NCBI GenBank assembly: GCA_964385615.1
Contig: CAYLPP010000009.1
Span: 3,854 to 67,853 of the forward strand
DNA from: an uncultured bacterium
GTDB lineage: Bacteria > Omnitrophota > Omnitrophia > Omnitrophales > Aquincolibacteriaceae
DNA length: 64,000 nt
Direction of reading: 5' to 3'
Shown piece by piece: positions 19,865 to 29,880 of the stretch. Position 1 is the stretch's first letter; each line of letters opens with the position of its first letter. Both the position numbers and the translations under genes were made by a program. The notes beneath the pieces were generated by a model. That model searched no databases. It had not been told where the DNA came from and was given only the letters and a program-made list of their open reading frames with translations.

Positions 19865-20502
19865 AGAAAATTAAAATCGCGCCCAGTATTCTTTCCGCGG
19901 ATTTTTCGCGTTTAGGCGAGGAAATTAGAGATGTCGAAAAGGCCGGCTGTGATTTAATTCATGTCGACGTTATGGACGGTCATTTTGTGCCGAACCTGAC
20001 GATTGGACCGCCTGTCATTAAAAGTTTCCGGAAGGTGACCCAGCTTCCTTTTGATGTTCACCTGATGATCGAAGATCCTCTTCGCTACATTGAAGCCTTC
20101 CGCAAAGCGGGAGCTGATTTAATCACGGTTCACGTGGAAGCTTCAAATAATGTCAGGGAAACCCTGGAAGCGATCGTGAGATCCGGCGCCAAACCCGGGC
20201 TTTCTCTTCGCCCCGGAACGCCGGTTTCAAAACTTGACCCGTATTTGGATAAGCTGGCTTTAATTCTGGTCATGACGGTTGAACCTGGTTTCGGCGGTCA
20301 ATCGTTTATGCCCCAGCAGACCGAGAAAATCGCTTATCTTCGTCCGCGTTTTAACGGCATGATTTCAGTCGATGGAGGAGTGAACGCTGAAACTGCTCCT
20401 CATTGCATTGAATCGGGCGCGGATATTCTTGTCGCGGGTACGGCTGTTTTCGGCCAGCCCGACCGCAAAAAAGCTATCGAGGCTTTGAGAGGAAACAAGT
20501 AA
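19861..20502 (+). CDS. rpe: Ribulose-phosphate 3-epimerase
   Basis: [15 protein letters not shown] and [11 protein letters not shown] motifs. Confidence 0.9.
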   Translation: MKKIKIAPSILSADFSRLGEEIRDVEKAGCDLIHVDVMDGHFVPNLTIGPPVIKSFRKVTQLPFDVHLMIEDPLRYIEAFRKAGADLITVHVEASNNVRETLEAIVRSGAKPGLSLRPGTPVSKLDPYLDKLALILVMTVEPGFGGQSFMPQQTEKIAYLRPRFNGMISVDGGVNAETAPHCIESGADILVAGTAVFGQPDRKKAIEALRGNK

Positions 20503-20507
20503 GTCTT

Positions 20508-22292
20508 ATGGATCCATCAAGAATCAGAAACTTTTCAATTATCGCGCATATCGATCACGGTAAATCCACGCTGGCTGACCGGTTATTACTGCACACAGGC
20601 GCTATTTCACAGCGCGAATTCCGCGACCAGATTTTGGATGATATGGATCTGGAGCGTGAACGCGGCATCACCATCAAGGCCCGGGCGGTACGCATTAAGT
20701 ACAAAGATTATATTTTGAATCTGATTGATACTCCGGGGCATGTGGATTTTACTTATGAAGTTTCCAAAAGTCTGGCGGCCTGTGAAGGTGTTCTGCTTCT
20801 GGTGGACGCGGGGCAGGGAATTCAGGCGCAGACAGTAAGTAATCTTTACCTGGCGATGGAACGCAACCTCGTTATTATTCCCGTGATTACCAAGATTGAT
20901 TTACCCACGGCCGAACCAGAAAAGGTCAAACTCGAAGTTTCGGATTTTCTTGGGATTGATCCGGATGAGATTATTCTGGCCAGCGCGAAATCCGGCGAAG
21001 GCGCGGAAGAAATTGTACAGGCGCTGATCAAGCGTATTCCTCCGCCCACGGGTGACAAAAATAAACCGCTCAAGGCGCTTATTTTTGATTCCAAGTATGA
21101 CAGTTATCAGGGGGTCGTTGCTTACGTCCGCGTGATGGACGGTGAAGTGAAAAAGGGCGATACGATTCTTATGATGGCGACGGGGAATCATCACGAAAGT
21201 GAAAATATGGGGATTTTTAACCCGAATCCCGAGCCCGTGGAATGTCTGGGAGTCGGAGAGGTCGGTTACATTGCGGCTAATATTAAAGATGTGGCGGATG
21301 TGCGCATCGGCGATACGGTGACTCTCGCGTCGAATCCTTCCCCTGAGGCGTTGGAAGGCTACCGGGATGTAAAGCCTATGGTTTTCTGCGGGCTGTATCC
21401 GATCAATACTTCGGATTTCGCGCCCCTTCGCGACGCACTTGGTAAACTTCGATTGAATGATTCTTCGATTGTGTACGAACCTGAAACTTCGGCTTCACTC
21501 GGCTTCGGCTTTCGCTGCGGGTTTCTGGGCCTGCTTCACATGGATATTGCCAAGGAAAGGCTGGAACGTGAATTTAATCTGGATCTCATTGTAACCGCGC
21601 CTAACGTGATTTATCAGGTAACGGATATGAAAGGAAATGTCACGGAGTTCGAAAATCCGTCGGATTTCCCCCCGGTGAACAATATCGAGAAGATTGAAGA
21701 ACCTTATATCCGCGCTCATGTCATGGTTCCGTCTGCCAATTTAGGGCCGATCATGCAGCTCTGCCAGGAACGCCGGGGAATTTATATCAGTACGGAGTAT
21801 CTTGACCCGACCCGCGCGATTCTGATATATGAAATGCCGTTCGCTGAAATCGTGATGGATTTCTATGATAAAATCAAGTCCATGACGTCCGGCTACGGCT
21901 CGCTGAATTACGATGTTATCGGTTTCCGGGAATCGGATCTGGTGAAGCTGGATATTTTGATTAATTCTGAACCGGTTGACGCGCTTTCCTCAATTGTCTT
22001 TCGTGACAACGCGCATACGCGGGGCAAGAAAATGGCGGAAAAACTCAAGGAAGTCATCCACCGCCAGATGTTTGAGGTCGTGATTCAGGCCGCGATCGGG
22101 AGTAAAATTGTGGCGCGTGAATCAATCAGCGCCATGCGTAAGGACGTGACGGCCAAGTGTTACGGCGGCGATATTTCACGTAAACGGAAGCTTCTTGAGA
22201 AACAAAAAGAAGGTAAGAAGAAGATGAAGAAAATCGGCACGGTTGATCTTCCGCAGGAAGCCTTTATTTCTGTCTTGAGGGTCGACGAATGA
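20508..22292 (+). CDS. lepA: Elongation factor 4 (LepA)
   Basis: [23 protein letters not shown]1 motif, DTPGHVDF motif and LepA-specific C-terminal domain. Confidence 0.95.
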   Translation: MDPSRIRNFSIIAHIDHGKSTLADRLLLHTGAISQREFRDQILDDMDLERERGITIKARAVRIKYKDYILNLIDTPGHVDFTYEVSKSLAACEGVLLLVDAGQGIQAQTVSNLYLAMERNLVIIPVITKIDLPTAEPEKVKLEVSDFLGIDPDEIILASAKSGEGAEEIVQALIKRIPPPTGDKNKPLKALIFDSKYDSYQGVVAYVRVMDGEVKKGDTILMMATGNHHESENMGIFNPNPEPVECLGVGEVGYIAANIKDVADVRIGDTVTLASNPSPEALEGYRDVKPMVFCGLYPINTSDFAPLRDALGKLRLNDSSIVYEPETSASLGFGFRCGFLGLLHMDIAKERLEREFNLDLIVTAPNVIYQVTDMKGNVTEFENPSDFPPVNNIEKIEEPYIRAHVMVPSANLGPIMQLCQERRGIYISTEYLDPTRAILIYEMPFAEIVMDFYDKIKSMTSGYGSLNYDVIGFRESDLVKLDILINSEPVDALSSIVFRDNAHTRGKKMAEKLKEVIHRQMFEVVIQAAIGSKIVARESISAMRKDVTAKCYGGDISRKRKLLEKQKEGKKKMKKIGTVDLPQEAFISVLRVDE

Positions 22293-22924
22293 TGCTCTGG
22301 ATTCCGCTGGCCGTTTTGGCTTTTGTGCTTCTCTATCGCCGTCAGATTGCAGAGGAATGGCATCAATTTTGCACGAACCGGACGGTTTGGTTCCATGATA
22401 AGTGGAAAAATTGGGGCGAGCCGTTTCTGGTGGCCGCAATCCTGGCTTTTGCCATCCGCACTTTCCTGCTTGGCCCTTATAAAATCCCGACCGGTTCCAT
22501 GAAACCGACTTTTATGGAAGGTGACCGGATTTTTGTGGATAAAATTTCTTACCGTTTTCACGCCCCGAAGCGCGGCGACATTATTGTTTTTAAATATCCG
22601 CTGGATAAGAAAAAAGATTTCGTTAAACGGCTTGCCGGTTTGCCGGGAGATCAAATCAAAATTGACCACGGCAAGCTGATGATTAACGGTGAAGTCATGG
22701 ATGACGCGCCTTTCGCGGAGCATTATTACTACAACCGTAATGATTGGCAGTTCGGTAAAGAAAATCAGGTTATCACGGTTCCTGACGGAAGCTATTTCGC
22801 GCTCGGCGACAATTCCGCCCAGTCTTCAGACAGCCGTTACTGGGGTTTTGTGCCGGACAAGAATATGGTCGGCAGGGCATTTTTTATCTGGTGGCCGCCT
22901 AAAAGAGTGAAGTTGGTGAAATGA
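22289..22924 (+). CDS. lepB: Signal peptidase I
   Basis: GSMKPTF catalytic serine box, [14 protein letters not shown] box. Conserved lepA-lepB synteny. Confidence 0.85.
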   Translation: MMLWIPLAVLAFVLLYRRQIAEEWHQFCTNRTVWFHDKWKNWGEPFLVAAILAFAIRTFLLGPYKIPTGSMKPTFMEGDRIFVDKISYRFHAPKRGDIIVFKYPLDKKKDFVKRLAGLPGDQIKIDHGKLMINGEVMDDAPFAEHYYYNRNDWQFGKENQVITVPDGSYFALGDNSAQSSDSRYWGFVPDKNMVGRAFFIWWPPKRVKLVK

Positions 22925-24201
22925 AGAATATCCCGCACTTTTTGTGGGGCACGTCAACCAGCTCCCATCAGGTTGAAGGCGGTAACAGTAACAACGACTG
23001 GTGGGAATGGGAAGTTCAGGGCAAGCTGATGGAACCCTCCGGCGTTGCCTGTGAACACTACACCCGTTATCCTGAAGATTTTGATATCGTAAAAAGTCTC
23101 GGACAGAACGCCCACCGTTTTTCTCTCGAATGGAGCCGGCTTGAGCCGGAAGATAATGTCTGGAATGAAGAAGCTTTCAGGCATTATGAAAAAGTTTTTC
23201 AGGCCCTGCACGAGCGGGGCATTGAGCCGATTGTAACCCTTCACCACTTCACCAGTCCGTTGTGGTTTACCCGCCAGGGCGGATGGCAGAATCCCAAAAC
23301 AGCGTTTTACTTCGGCCGTTTTACTCAGAAAGTAGTCGAGGCTTTCGGCCGGTATGTGCGCTACTGGGTGACGATTAACGAACCTTTAGTTTACCTTTAC
23401 CACAGCTTTTTCGCGGGGCTGTGGCCTCCAGGCATCAAATCCCATAAAGCTTCTATTCTGGTTTTCAGGCACCAGGTGCTGGCTCATATCGAGGCTTACA
23501 GGGTGATTCATGAATATTATAAAAATGAACTTCAGAAACAGGTTTGGGTTTCGATCGCTAAACACGTCTCTCATTTTACGCCGTGCAACCCGCATTCTTT
23601 CCGTGATCGTTTGGCCCTTTTTCTGCGGAATTGGTTTTTTAACGATTTGTTTGTGGATGCCTGCATCAAGGGGCGTTTGTTTTTCCCTGGGGTTTTCGCG
23701 GAAGTATTGCCGATGCGCGGAACTTTGGATTTTATCGGTTTGAACTACTACACGCGCGATTTTATCCGTTTCGGCGGAGCTCTGGTAGGGGAAAAGGGGA
23801 TTGGGGATTCCTGTGATAAGTCGCATCATCCGATTGAAACTGGCGAGAAGAATATGATGGGTTGGGAAGTCTACCCGGAAGGGCTGTATCACAGATTGAA
23901 GCATTTCAAGAAATACAATCTTCCGATTATGATTCTTGAAAATGGAATCGCGACGCTGGACGACAATCAGCGCAAGCGTTTTATTGAAAACCATCTCTCT
24001 GAAGTGGGCCGGGCTATGAAGGAAGGGGTTCATGTTCAGGGGTATTTTTACTGGTCATTGCTTGATAACTTCGAATGGGCATTTGGGTTCGGCCCTCGTT
24101 TCGGTATTGTGGAAGTCGACTACAGGACACAGCAAAGAAAAGTCAGAGAAAGTGCTCAGGTCCTGAGCGAGATGTGCCGAAATATTGAGGGAAGCTTATG
24201 A
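22921..24201 (+). CDS. Glycoside hydrolase family 1 beta-glucosidase
   Basis: FLWGTSTSSHQVEGG N-terminus, TLHHFTSPLW, and LENG nucleophile motif (ILENGIAT). Confidence 0.85.
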   Translation: MKNIPHFLWGTSTSSHQVEGGNSNNDWWEWEVQGKLMEPSGVACEHYTRYPEDFDIVKSLGQNAHRFSLEWSRLEPEDNVWNEEAFRHYEKVFQALHERGIEPIVTLHHFTSPLWFTRQGGWQNPKTAFYFGRFTQKVVEAFGRYVRYWVTINEPLVYLYHSFFAGLWPPGIKSHKASILVFRHQVLAHIEAYRVIHEYYKNELQKQVWVSIAKHVSHFTPCNPHSFRDRLALFLRNWFFNDLFVDACIKGRLFFPGVFAEVLPMRGTLDFIGLNYYTRDFIRFGGALVGEKGIGDSCDKSHHPIETGEKNMMGWEVYPEGLYHRLKHFKKYNLPIMILENGIATLDDNQRKRFIENHLSEVGRAMKEGVHVQGYFYWSLLDNFEWAFGFGPRFGIVEVDYRTQQRKVRESAQVLSEMCRNIEGSL

Positions 24202-24237
24202 ACTCTTTTTAAAAAATCGCCTTTCGGAGGATTTGCA

Positions 24238-24894
24238 ATGCAACGTGAACTTTTCGGCAGCGCTGCCGCAGCTGTTTCCCTTCCTGATTCCATGAACTCC
24301 CGTGTTTCCTTTCTGGACCGTTACCGGATGTCAATGCGCCTTGATCAGGCTTTGTTCCTTCTGATTGGGCTTCTGGTTATTTACGTTCTGGTTTTTTCCT
24401 TTGGGGTGGAAACCGGGAAACGGTACGCTCAGGATGAATTACGCTCAGAACGCCAGAAGCGCGAGCGTTTAACCGAAGAGCTGCGGGGGAAGGTTATTGC
24501 CAATATGGAAAGTGTCGCGGCCGCCGCGGGAGTTAAAAATACTCTTGGTGTCCAGCCGAAGAGCGAGATTAAGGCAGTCCAGCCTGTTTCTCCTGCTGTT
24601 CAGGCTCCGGCTGAGCCTGCAGCCGGCGTTCCGGCGGCGGGAGCTGTCTCTGAAAGCGTTACGGGGAAATACACCATCCAAATTCTGACTATTGGGTCTA
24701 AGACGGCGGCTGAAAAGGAAGTGGCTCGTCTCGTAGGGTTGGGGATGAAGGGTTTTATCCTGACTCGGGGGAAGATGAGTGAAGTGTGCGTCAATGGGTT
24801 TGCGACTCGCCAGGAGGCTGTTCAGAGCCTTAAGGAGCTTAAGACTCAAGGGGCAATTCCGGCTGACGCCTACGTCAGAAATCTCCCCGCCTGA
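24238..24894 (+). CDS. SPOR-domain protein (single TM + Pro/Ala-rich linker + C-terminal SPOR peptidoglycan-binding domain)
   Basis: C-terminal YTIQILTIGSKTAAEKEVARL...GFATRQEAVQSLKELK resembles the SPOR fold consensus. Confidence 0.5.
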   Translation: MQRELFGSAAAAVSLPDSMNSRVSFLDRYRMSMRLDQALFLLIGLLVIYVLVFSFGVETGKRYAQDELRSERQKRERLTEELRGKVIANMESVAAAAGVKNTLGVQPKSEIKAVQPVSPAVQAPAEPAAGVPAAGAVSESVTGKYTIQILTIGSKTAAEKEVARLVGLGMKGFILTRGKMSEVCVNGFATRQEAVQSLKELKTQGAIPADAYVRNLPA

Positions 24895-24954
24895 CCCGTT
24901 TCCGTTACTTATGGCAGGATCGGCAGATACAGCGCTAAAAATCCTCATTTTTAG

Positions 24955-24985
24955 ATAGTCAAGACAGGTAAATCCGGTTATAATC
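24955..24985 (+). promoter_or_regulatory. Candidate strong promoter for the small basic protein gene (TAGTCA -17- TATAAT)
   Basis: Perfect TATAAT at 24979-24984, ~36 nt upstream of the ATG; purine-rich RBS GAGAGAGG at 25007-25014. Confidence 0.4.
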
Positions 24986-25020
24986 CGTCATCTACATTTC
25001 GAAAGAGAGAGGTTACCCCA

Positions 25021-25314
25021 ATGTCACAGCATCCCAGTCTGCGTATTGATTCCGTCGGCGCCAAGCACCGCAATGTGTTGACCCGTCTTGAAAGAATCAA
25101 GAAGCTTCAGGAAGAAAACAAGTGGAACGAACGTCCTTCAGTGCTCGGCCTTCCTAAGGTCAAGTCTATGAAGATCAAAGTTAAGAAGGTTAAGGAAGCA
25201 CCTGCTGAAGCAGGGGCTGAGGGAGCAGCTGCCCCCGGCGCCACTGCCGCTAAGCCTGCCGCTGCTGCCGCTAAACCGGCTGCTGCCGCTGCCAAGCCCG
25301 CAGGAAAGAAGTAA
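25021..25314 (+). CDS. Small basic protein with histone-H1-like (AAKP)n C-terminal tail (nucleoid-associated protein candidate)
   Basis: 97 aa, very basic, C-terminal AAKPAAAAAKPAAAAAKPAGKK repeats. Preceded by a consensus TATAAT -10 and a GAGAGAGG RBS. Confidence 0.6.
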   Translation: MSQHPSLRIDSVGAKHRNVLTRLERIKKLQEENKWNERPSVLGLPKVKSMKIKVKKVKEAPAEAGAEGAAAPGATAAKPAAAAAKPAAAAAKPAGKK

Positions 25315-25814
25315 TGGTTTCAATTCGCCGATTCTGCCAAGATGACGAAAAGGCGGTGAAGGAACTCATTAATTCGGTCATGACAGATGAATTTCATGAC
25401 TCTGCGTCTGCTTATCCCACGGAAGATCTTGAAAATATCGTCAAAACTTACGGCGGTCTTGGAGAGGCTTTTTTTGTGGCGGTCGCGGATGGTTCTAAAA
25501 TTGTCGGAACTGTTGCTGTTAAGAAAGAAGACGGCCGCATTGCTTTGATGCGGCGTCTTTTTGTATCCCGCACTCACCGCAACCAGCAGATTGGCGTTAA
25601 GCTGATTGATCATGTTCTGACTTTTTGCGATGAAGTAGGCTACAAGGAAATTATTTTCAGAACGACATCCCGGATGGAAGGCGCGAATAAACTTTGCCAG
25701 AAAAAGGGTTTTGTTCAGCGCGCTAAACTAAATCTCGGATCGTTAGAACTGCTGAAGTTTTCTCATCACGTCGAGTCTTTAAAGGGAGCTAAAAGCGCCA
25801 ACGGCGCTCATTGA
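25314..25814 (+). CDS. GNAT family N-acetyltransferase
   Basis: Acetyl-CoA binding motif region RRLFVSRTHRNQQIGVKLIDHV...GYKEIIF. Confidence 0.7.
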   Translation: MVSIRRFCQDDEKAVKELINSVMTDEFHDSASAYPTEDLENIVKTYGGLGEAFFVAVADGSKIVGTVAVKKEDGRIALMRRLFVSRTHRNQQIGVKLIDHVLTFCDEVGYKEIIFRTTSRMEGANKLCQKKGFVQRAKLNLGSLELLKFSHHVESLKGAKSANGAH

Positions 25815-26878
25815 TTTTTATGAAGCTTTTCGGGGTAGGGAAAAAAGCCGGAGACCTAAAAACGCTTTCTGAAAAAGAAATTCAGGTAAAGCTTTATGGG
25901 CATCTGCGTTCTCCTCACTCGGGGGCCTCGCGGGACGGTGGAATAGCCACTCTTCCTAAGCCGGCTCAAACCGCTTCTAACGTTGCTCCTCAGACTTTTA
26001 CGCCGGCCGACCGTACTCAGGCTTCTTTTTCCCAGCCCGCCGGTGCTCAACCCGGCCCGGCCCGGCCCGCTTTTAACAGCACCAAACCCTCGTCGTCCGT
26101 CCTTTCTGAACCGGCTCCCCAAAAAGCATTTCAGCCGGCTCGGTCATCCGGTAAGTTTTTCTCTTCGGTTTTTTCTTTTTTAGCTTCGAAACTGCTTCCG
26201 GGAATTGTTAAAATTTTAAAAAGCGTGATTGTTTTTGCGGTTCAGCTTGTGGTTGCGGCGTTAGGCGCGGTCACTCAAATTTTTCTAAAAATTGATTTTA
26301 AGAATCCCCGTGTCCGCCGTACCTTTTACTGGACCTTTGGTGTTGGGATTCTCTTTTTCCTTTTCGCAGGGATTCACGTTCTTAATATGAAACGGGAATT
26401 CGCCATGCGTCATCCCAACCGCGCGGTTCCTATTAAGCCGAAGATCCAAAAGCCGGCCCAGCAAATCCCCGCGCAGGTGGCTAGCCAGACACTGCTTTCA
26501 GAAAGTTCGTCCGCTGAATCCGCTCACGAGGATGTGAAACCTCTTGCTCCGGCAACTGCGAGTGGATCTCCTGCAAAAACCGTGACGGCGGTTGAGTCTG
26601 CTTCGAGCGGGGCTGAGGACGTTTCCGCTATAAAAGGGCAGGTTATCCAGATAGCGACTTTTGCCACTTTGTCAGATGCTGAAAAACTTTGTGACCGTTT
26701 AAAAACAGACGGTTGGAAGTGTTTCGCGAAACCGCTTGTTCGTCCCGGCGGCCGCACTTATTACTGCGTATTCCTTGGGCCTTTTAAAACGTACCAGGAT
26801 GCGGAGGCGAAGCTGAATGCTTTTAAGAAAAAAGAAATAGCGAAGCCTTTTCAAGACGCTTTTATTCGCTCCTTGTAA
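25811..26878 (+). CDS. SPOR-domain membrane protein with Pro-rich low-complexity region
   Basis: Pro/Ala/Gln-rich N-terminal half, TM helices, and a C-terminal SPOR-like domain (VIQIATFATLSDAEKLCDRLKTDGWKCFAKP...YCVFLGPFKTYQDAEAKLNAFKK). Confidence 0.5.
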   Translation: MIFMKLFGVGKKAGDLKTLSEKEIQVKLYGHLRSPHSGASRDGGIATLPKPAQTASNVAPQTFTPADRTQASFSQPAGAQPGPARPAFNSTKPSSSVLSEPAPQKAFQPARSSGKFFSSVFSFLASKLLPGIVKILKSVIVFAVQLVVAALGAVTQIFLKIDFKNPRVRRTFYWTFGVGILFFLFAGIHVLNMKREFAMRHPNRAVPIKPKIQKPAQQIPAQVASQTLLSESSSAESAHEDVKPLAPATASGSPAKTVTAVESASSGAEDVSAIKGQVIQIATFATLSDAEKLCDRLKTDGWKCFAKPLVRPGGRTYYCVFLGPFKTYQDAEAKLNAFKKKEIAKPFQDAFIRSL

Positions 26879-26888
26879 CGGGGGATTT

Positions 26889-27266
26889 ATGTGGGACGGC
26901 TTTAATAAACGAAAATTTCCGCGTGTCGCGCTTCAGTGTGAAGTTACCATCCTTTCCGATCTTTCGGGAAAACCTGTTTTGACCCTGACTGAAAATGTCG
27001 GTGTCGGCGGGGTTTGCCTGATTTTGGATCATCCTCTTGACCGATTTTCAAAATGCCGTATCAAGCTGGAATTAGGTGATTCAAAAAATACGGTTGAGTG
27101 TGATGGCCGTGTCGTCTGGGCAGTACCGACTCAGAGCGGGAAATCCGGCCGGAAGCAATTTGATACAGGGATTGAATTTACCGGTTTAGAACCTGAAACT
27201 GTTAACCAGGTTCGCGGTTTTTTGGAAGCCGAAATAAAAAAATCCCCTTCATCCGTCCTTAAGTAA
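26889..27266 (+). CDS. PilZ domain protein (c-di-GMP receptor)
   Basis: RKFPR (RxxxR) followed by the NVGVGGVCL (D/NxSxxG-like) motif, at PilZ spacing. Confidence 0.6.
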   Translation: MWDGFNKRKFPRVALQCEVTILSDLSGKPVLTLTENVGVGGVCLILDHPLDRFSKCRIKLELGDSKNTVECDGRVVWAVPTQSGKSGRKQFDTGIEFTGLEPETVNQVRGFLEAEIKKSPSSVLK

Positions 27267-27268
27267 TA

Positions 27269-27766
27269 ATGCCCTCGCAGTTTTCATTCGATATTATTTC
27301 TGAAGTTCCCGTCCAGGAGTTGGATAATGCGGTTAATCAGGCTGTTAAGGAGCTTTCCACTCGCTTTGATTTTAAGGGAAGTAAGAGCTCCATTGAACTT
27401 TTGAAGGCTGAAAATAAAATCAAAATTGTCGCTGATGATGATTTAAAGCTTCGCAACCTTCAAGACATCCTTAAGGGGCGGGTTGTGGCCCGAAAAATCT
27501 CCATAAAGGCGCTTGATTTCGGTACCCCTGAAAAGGCGTTTGAGGGGACTTTGCGCCAGGAAGTCACAATTGTACAGGGGATTCCCCAGGATAAGGCCAA
27601 GGGGATTATTAAGGCCATTAAAGACGGGGGATTTAAGGTCCAGGCAGCTATACAGGATGAGCAGATTCGGGTGACTTCCAAGAGCAAGGATGAGCTTCAG
27701 GCGGTCATGCAGCTCCTTAGGACCTCTCCTCCGGACATCCCCCTCCAATTCACCAACTTCCGGTAG
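27269..27766 (+). CDS. yajQ: YajQ family (UPF0234) nucleotide / c-di-GMP-binding protein
   Basis: MPSQFSFDIISEV...LSTRFDFKGSKSSIEL N-terminus is characteristic of YajQ. Confidence 0.85.
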   Translation: MPSQFSFDIISEVPVQELDNAVNQAVKELSTRFDFKGSKSSIELLKAENKIKIVADDDLKLRNLQDILKGRVVARKISIKALDFGTPEKAFEGTLRQEVTIVQGIPQDKAKGIIKAIKDGGFKVQAAIQDEQIRVTSKSKDELQAVMQLLRTSPPDIPLQFTNFR

Positions 27767-27770
27767 TCAT

Positions 27771-27806
27771 AAGCCTTCCTGAGGGGAGGAAGGAGATTTT
27801 TTTTGT
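27771..27806 (+). terminator. Intrinsic terminator after yajQ (CCTTCCT...AGGAAGG stem + T8)
   Basis: 7-bp stem followed by TTTTTTTT directly after the yajQ stop. Confidence 0.65.
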
Positions 27807-27945
27807 CCGCCCCTTGTATTTCAAAAAGTCATGTGTTAGTCTTTTTTTGTTCCTGAAAAAAAGTCGGATTTTATTGTGTCCGCTTATTTTAAGACTTTTG
27901 AAAGTTATAGTTTTTTAACAAATGAAAATTGAGGGGAGGTGGCCC

Positions 27946-28341
27946 GTGGATAGTAAAGAACGTAGAAGGTTTAAACGCTTTGATGCTTACATGAGCGTGA
28001 AGTTTAAGGTTTCGGGTCAGGATGAGCTGAAAGGTGTCAGCCTGAGCCGTGACTTGTCCCGTGAAGGAATCTGCATTAATTCAAATGAAGATCTAAAAGA
28101 AGGGACTACTCTGGATATTGAAATTAATATTCCGGATGATCCCAAGCCTGTTTTTACTTCCGGTAAGGTAATGTGGTCGCATCCTTCCGAAGAAAAAAAA
28201 CAAGGTTACGATCAAGGAGTCCGTTTTCTTCTGATGGATCCTGTTGATAAGTTCCGCGTTTTAGATTATGCCTACAATCACTGGCTTGAAACAAAAGTCA
28301 ATGATTACGCGGATCCCGAAGAAATTTCCGAAACCGAATAA
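27946..28341 (+). CDS. PilZ domain protein (second copy)
   Basis: RRRFKRF RxxxR motif and DLSREGICI motif. GTG at 27946 has a strong GAGGGGAGG RBS 7 nt upstream; ATG at 27922 is the alternative start. Confidence 0.55.
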   Translation: MDSKERRRFKRFDAYMSVKFKVSGQDELKGVSLSRDLSREGICINSNEDLKEGTTLDIEINIPDDPKPVFTSGKVMWSHPSEEKKQGYDQGVRFLLMDPVDKFRVLDYAYNHWLETKVNDYADPEEISETE

Positions 28342-28355
28342 TTTCTGATTCTGAA

Positions 28356-29825
28356 ATGAAAGGCTTCCTGCTTGCGCTGGATCAGGGCACGACAGGAAGC
28401 CGGGCTCTTCTTTATGACCGCGCGGGGCATGTCGTCGGATCAGCCTACCGTGAATTTACCCAGTACTATCCTAAACCCGGCTGGGTCGAGCATGACCCCG
28501 AAGAGATTTGGAATTCCACCCGCCAAGTTATTCTTTCCGCGTTAAAAAAAGCCAAAGCTAAAACTTCCGAGGTTCGATGGATTGGGATTACCAACCAGAG
28601 AGAAACGGCAATTTTGTGGAGCCGGAAAACCGGAAAGCCTGTTCATCGCGCGATTGTCTGGCAGGACCGCCGGACGGCGGGATTGTGCGACAGTTTCAAA
28701 CGCCGCGGACTTGAAAAACTGATTCGTGATAAAACCGGTTTAGTTCTCGATCCCTACTTTTCCGCCACAAAAATTCATTGGATGCTTGAGCATGTGCCCG
28801 GTCTTAGAAAACGCGCTCGATCCGGAGAAATCTGTTTTGGAACGGTCGACACCTGGCTTTTGTGGAAACTGACTGCGGGAAAAGTTCACGCGACGGATTT
28901 TACCAATGCTTCGCGCACACTCCTCTTCAACATCAAAACCCGCAAGTGGGACCCTGATCTTTTACGGATATTTAAAATCCCTGCGTCTGTTCTCCCGAAA
29001 GTTTTTGATTCCGGCTCTGATTTTGGTCCGGCCGCGCCCGCGCTCCTTCCAAACGCGAGAATTCATGCCGTCATAGGTGATCAGCAGGCAGCCCTCTATG
29101 GACAATCCTGCTACAGCGCCGGTCAGGCTAAGAACACATACGGAACGGGTTGTTTTCTGCTGATGAATCTTGGAAAAAGTTTCCAGAAGCCTCCTTTCGG
29201 ACTTTTGACAACGCTTGCTTGCGACCGGAACGGTAAAAGCGTTTACGCTTTCGAAGGAGCGGTTTTTATCGCGGGGGCGGTCATGCAGTGGCTCCGTGAC
29301 GGGTTGCGCTTTTTTCGAAAAGCTTCAGAATCGGTCAGTCTGATTCACGGTCTTAAGGATACGGGCGGCGTGACTTTGATTCCTGCGTTTGTTGGATTGG
29401 GGTCGCCTTACTGGAATCCGCATGCCCGCGGAATGATTTCTGGAATCACGCGCGGTACCACTCGCGCTCATATTATCCGGGCCGCGCTTGAATCGATCGC
29501 TCAGCAAAGCGCGGATGTTTTGGAGGCCATGCAGAAGAATGGCCGTCATCATCTTCGTGAACTTAAAGTGGATGGGGGAGCGACCCGTAATGATTTTCTA
29601 ATGCAGTATCAGGCGGATCTTATGGGAATACCTGTTCTGGTTTGCGATGTTTCAGAATCCACGGCCTGGGGTGCCGCCAAGCTGGCGGGGTATACTTCCG
29701 GTTTCTGGGGGCGTGCCCAGGAAACTCCGGCCAGCCGTAAATTTAGGCCTCGAATATCACGCCGTGAGGCCGAATCGCTTCGGCAGGTTTGGAAGCGCGA
29801 AATAAACAGAATTTCATTCATTTAA
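28356..29825 (+). CDS. glpK: Glycerol kinase
   Basis: FGGY kinase N-terminus LALDQGTTGSRALLYD and conserved GlpK blocks (AILWSRKTGKP, GTVDTWLLWKLT). Confidence 0.9.
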   Translation: MKGFLLALDQGTTGSRALLYDRAGHVVGSAYREFTQYYPKPGWVEHDPEEIWNSTRQVILSALKKAKAKTSEVRWIGITNQRETAILWSRKTGKPVHRAIVWQDRRTAGLCDSFKRRGLEKLIRDKTGLVLDPYFSATKIHWMLEHVPGLRKRARSGEICFGTVDTWLLWKLTAGKVHATDFTNASRTLLFNIKTRKWDPDLLRIFKIPASVLPKVFDSGSDFGPAAPALLPNARIHAVIGDQQAALYGQSCYSAGQAKNTYGTGCFLLMNLGKSFQKPPFGLLTTLACDRNGKSVYAFEGAVFIAGAVMQWLRDGLRFFRKASESVSLIHGLKDTGGVTLIPAFVGLGSPYWNPHARGMISGITRGTTRAHIIRAALESIAQQSADVLEAMQKNGRHHLRELKVDGGATRNDFLMQYQADLMGIPVLVCDVSESTAWGAAKLAGYTSGFWGRAQETPASRKFRPRISRREAESLRQVWKREINRISFI

Positions 29826-29880
29826 AAACTTTTTTGCCCCTCTCCTGAAATTCACTCTTCCGGCCGATATATAGGTCGCT

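Noticed and set aside
25021-25314. Calling the small basic protein a named family (e.g. Sbp or Hc1)
   Set aside because: I cannot recall a family sequence well enough to name it. Only the composition and AKP-repeat tail are certain.
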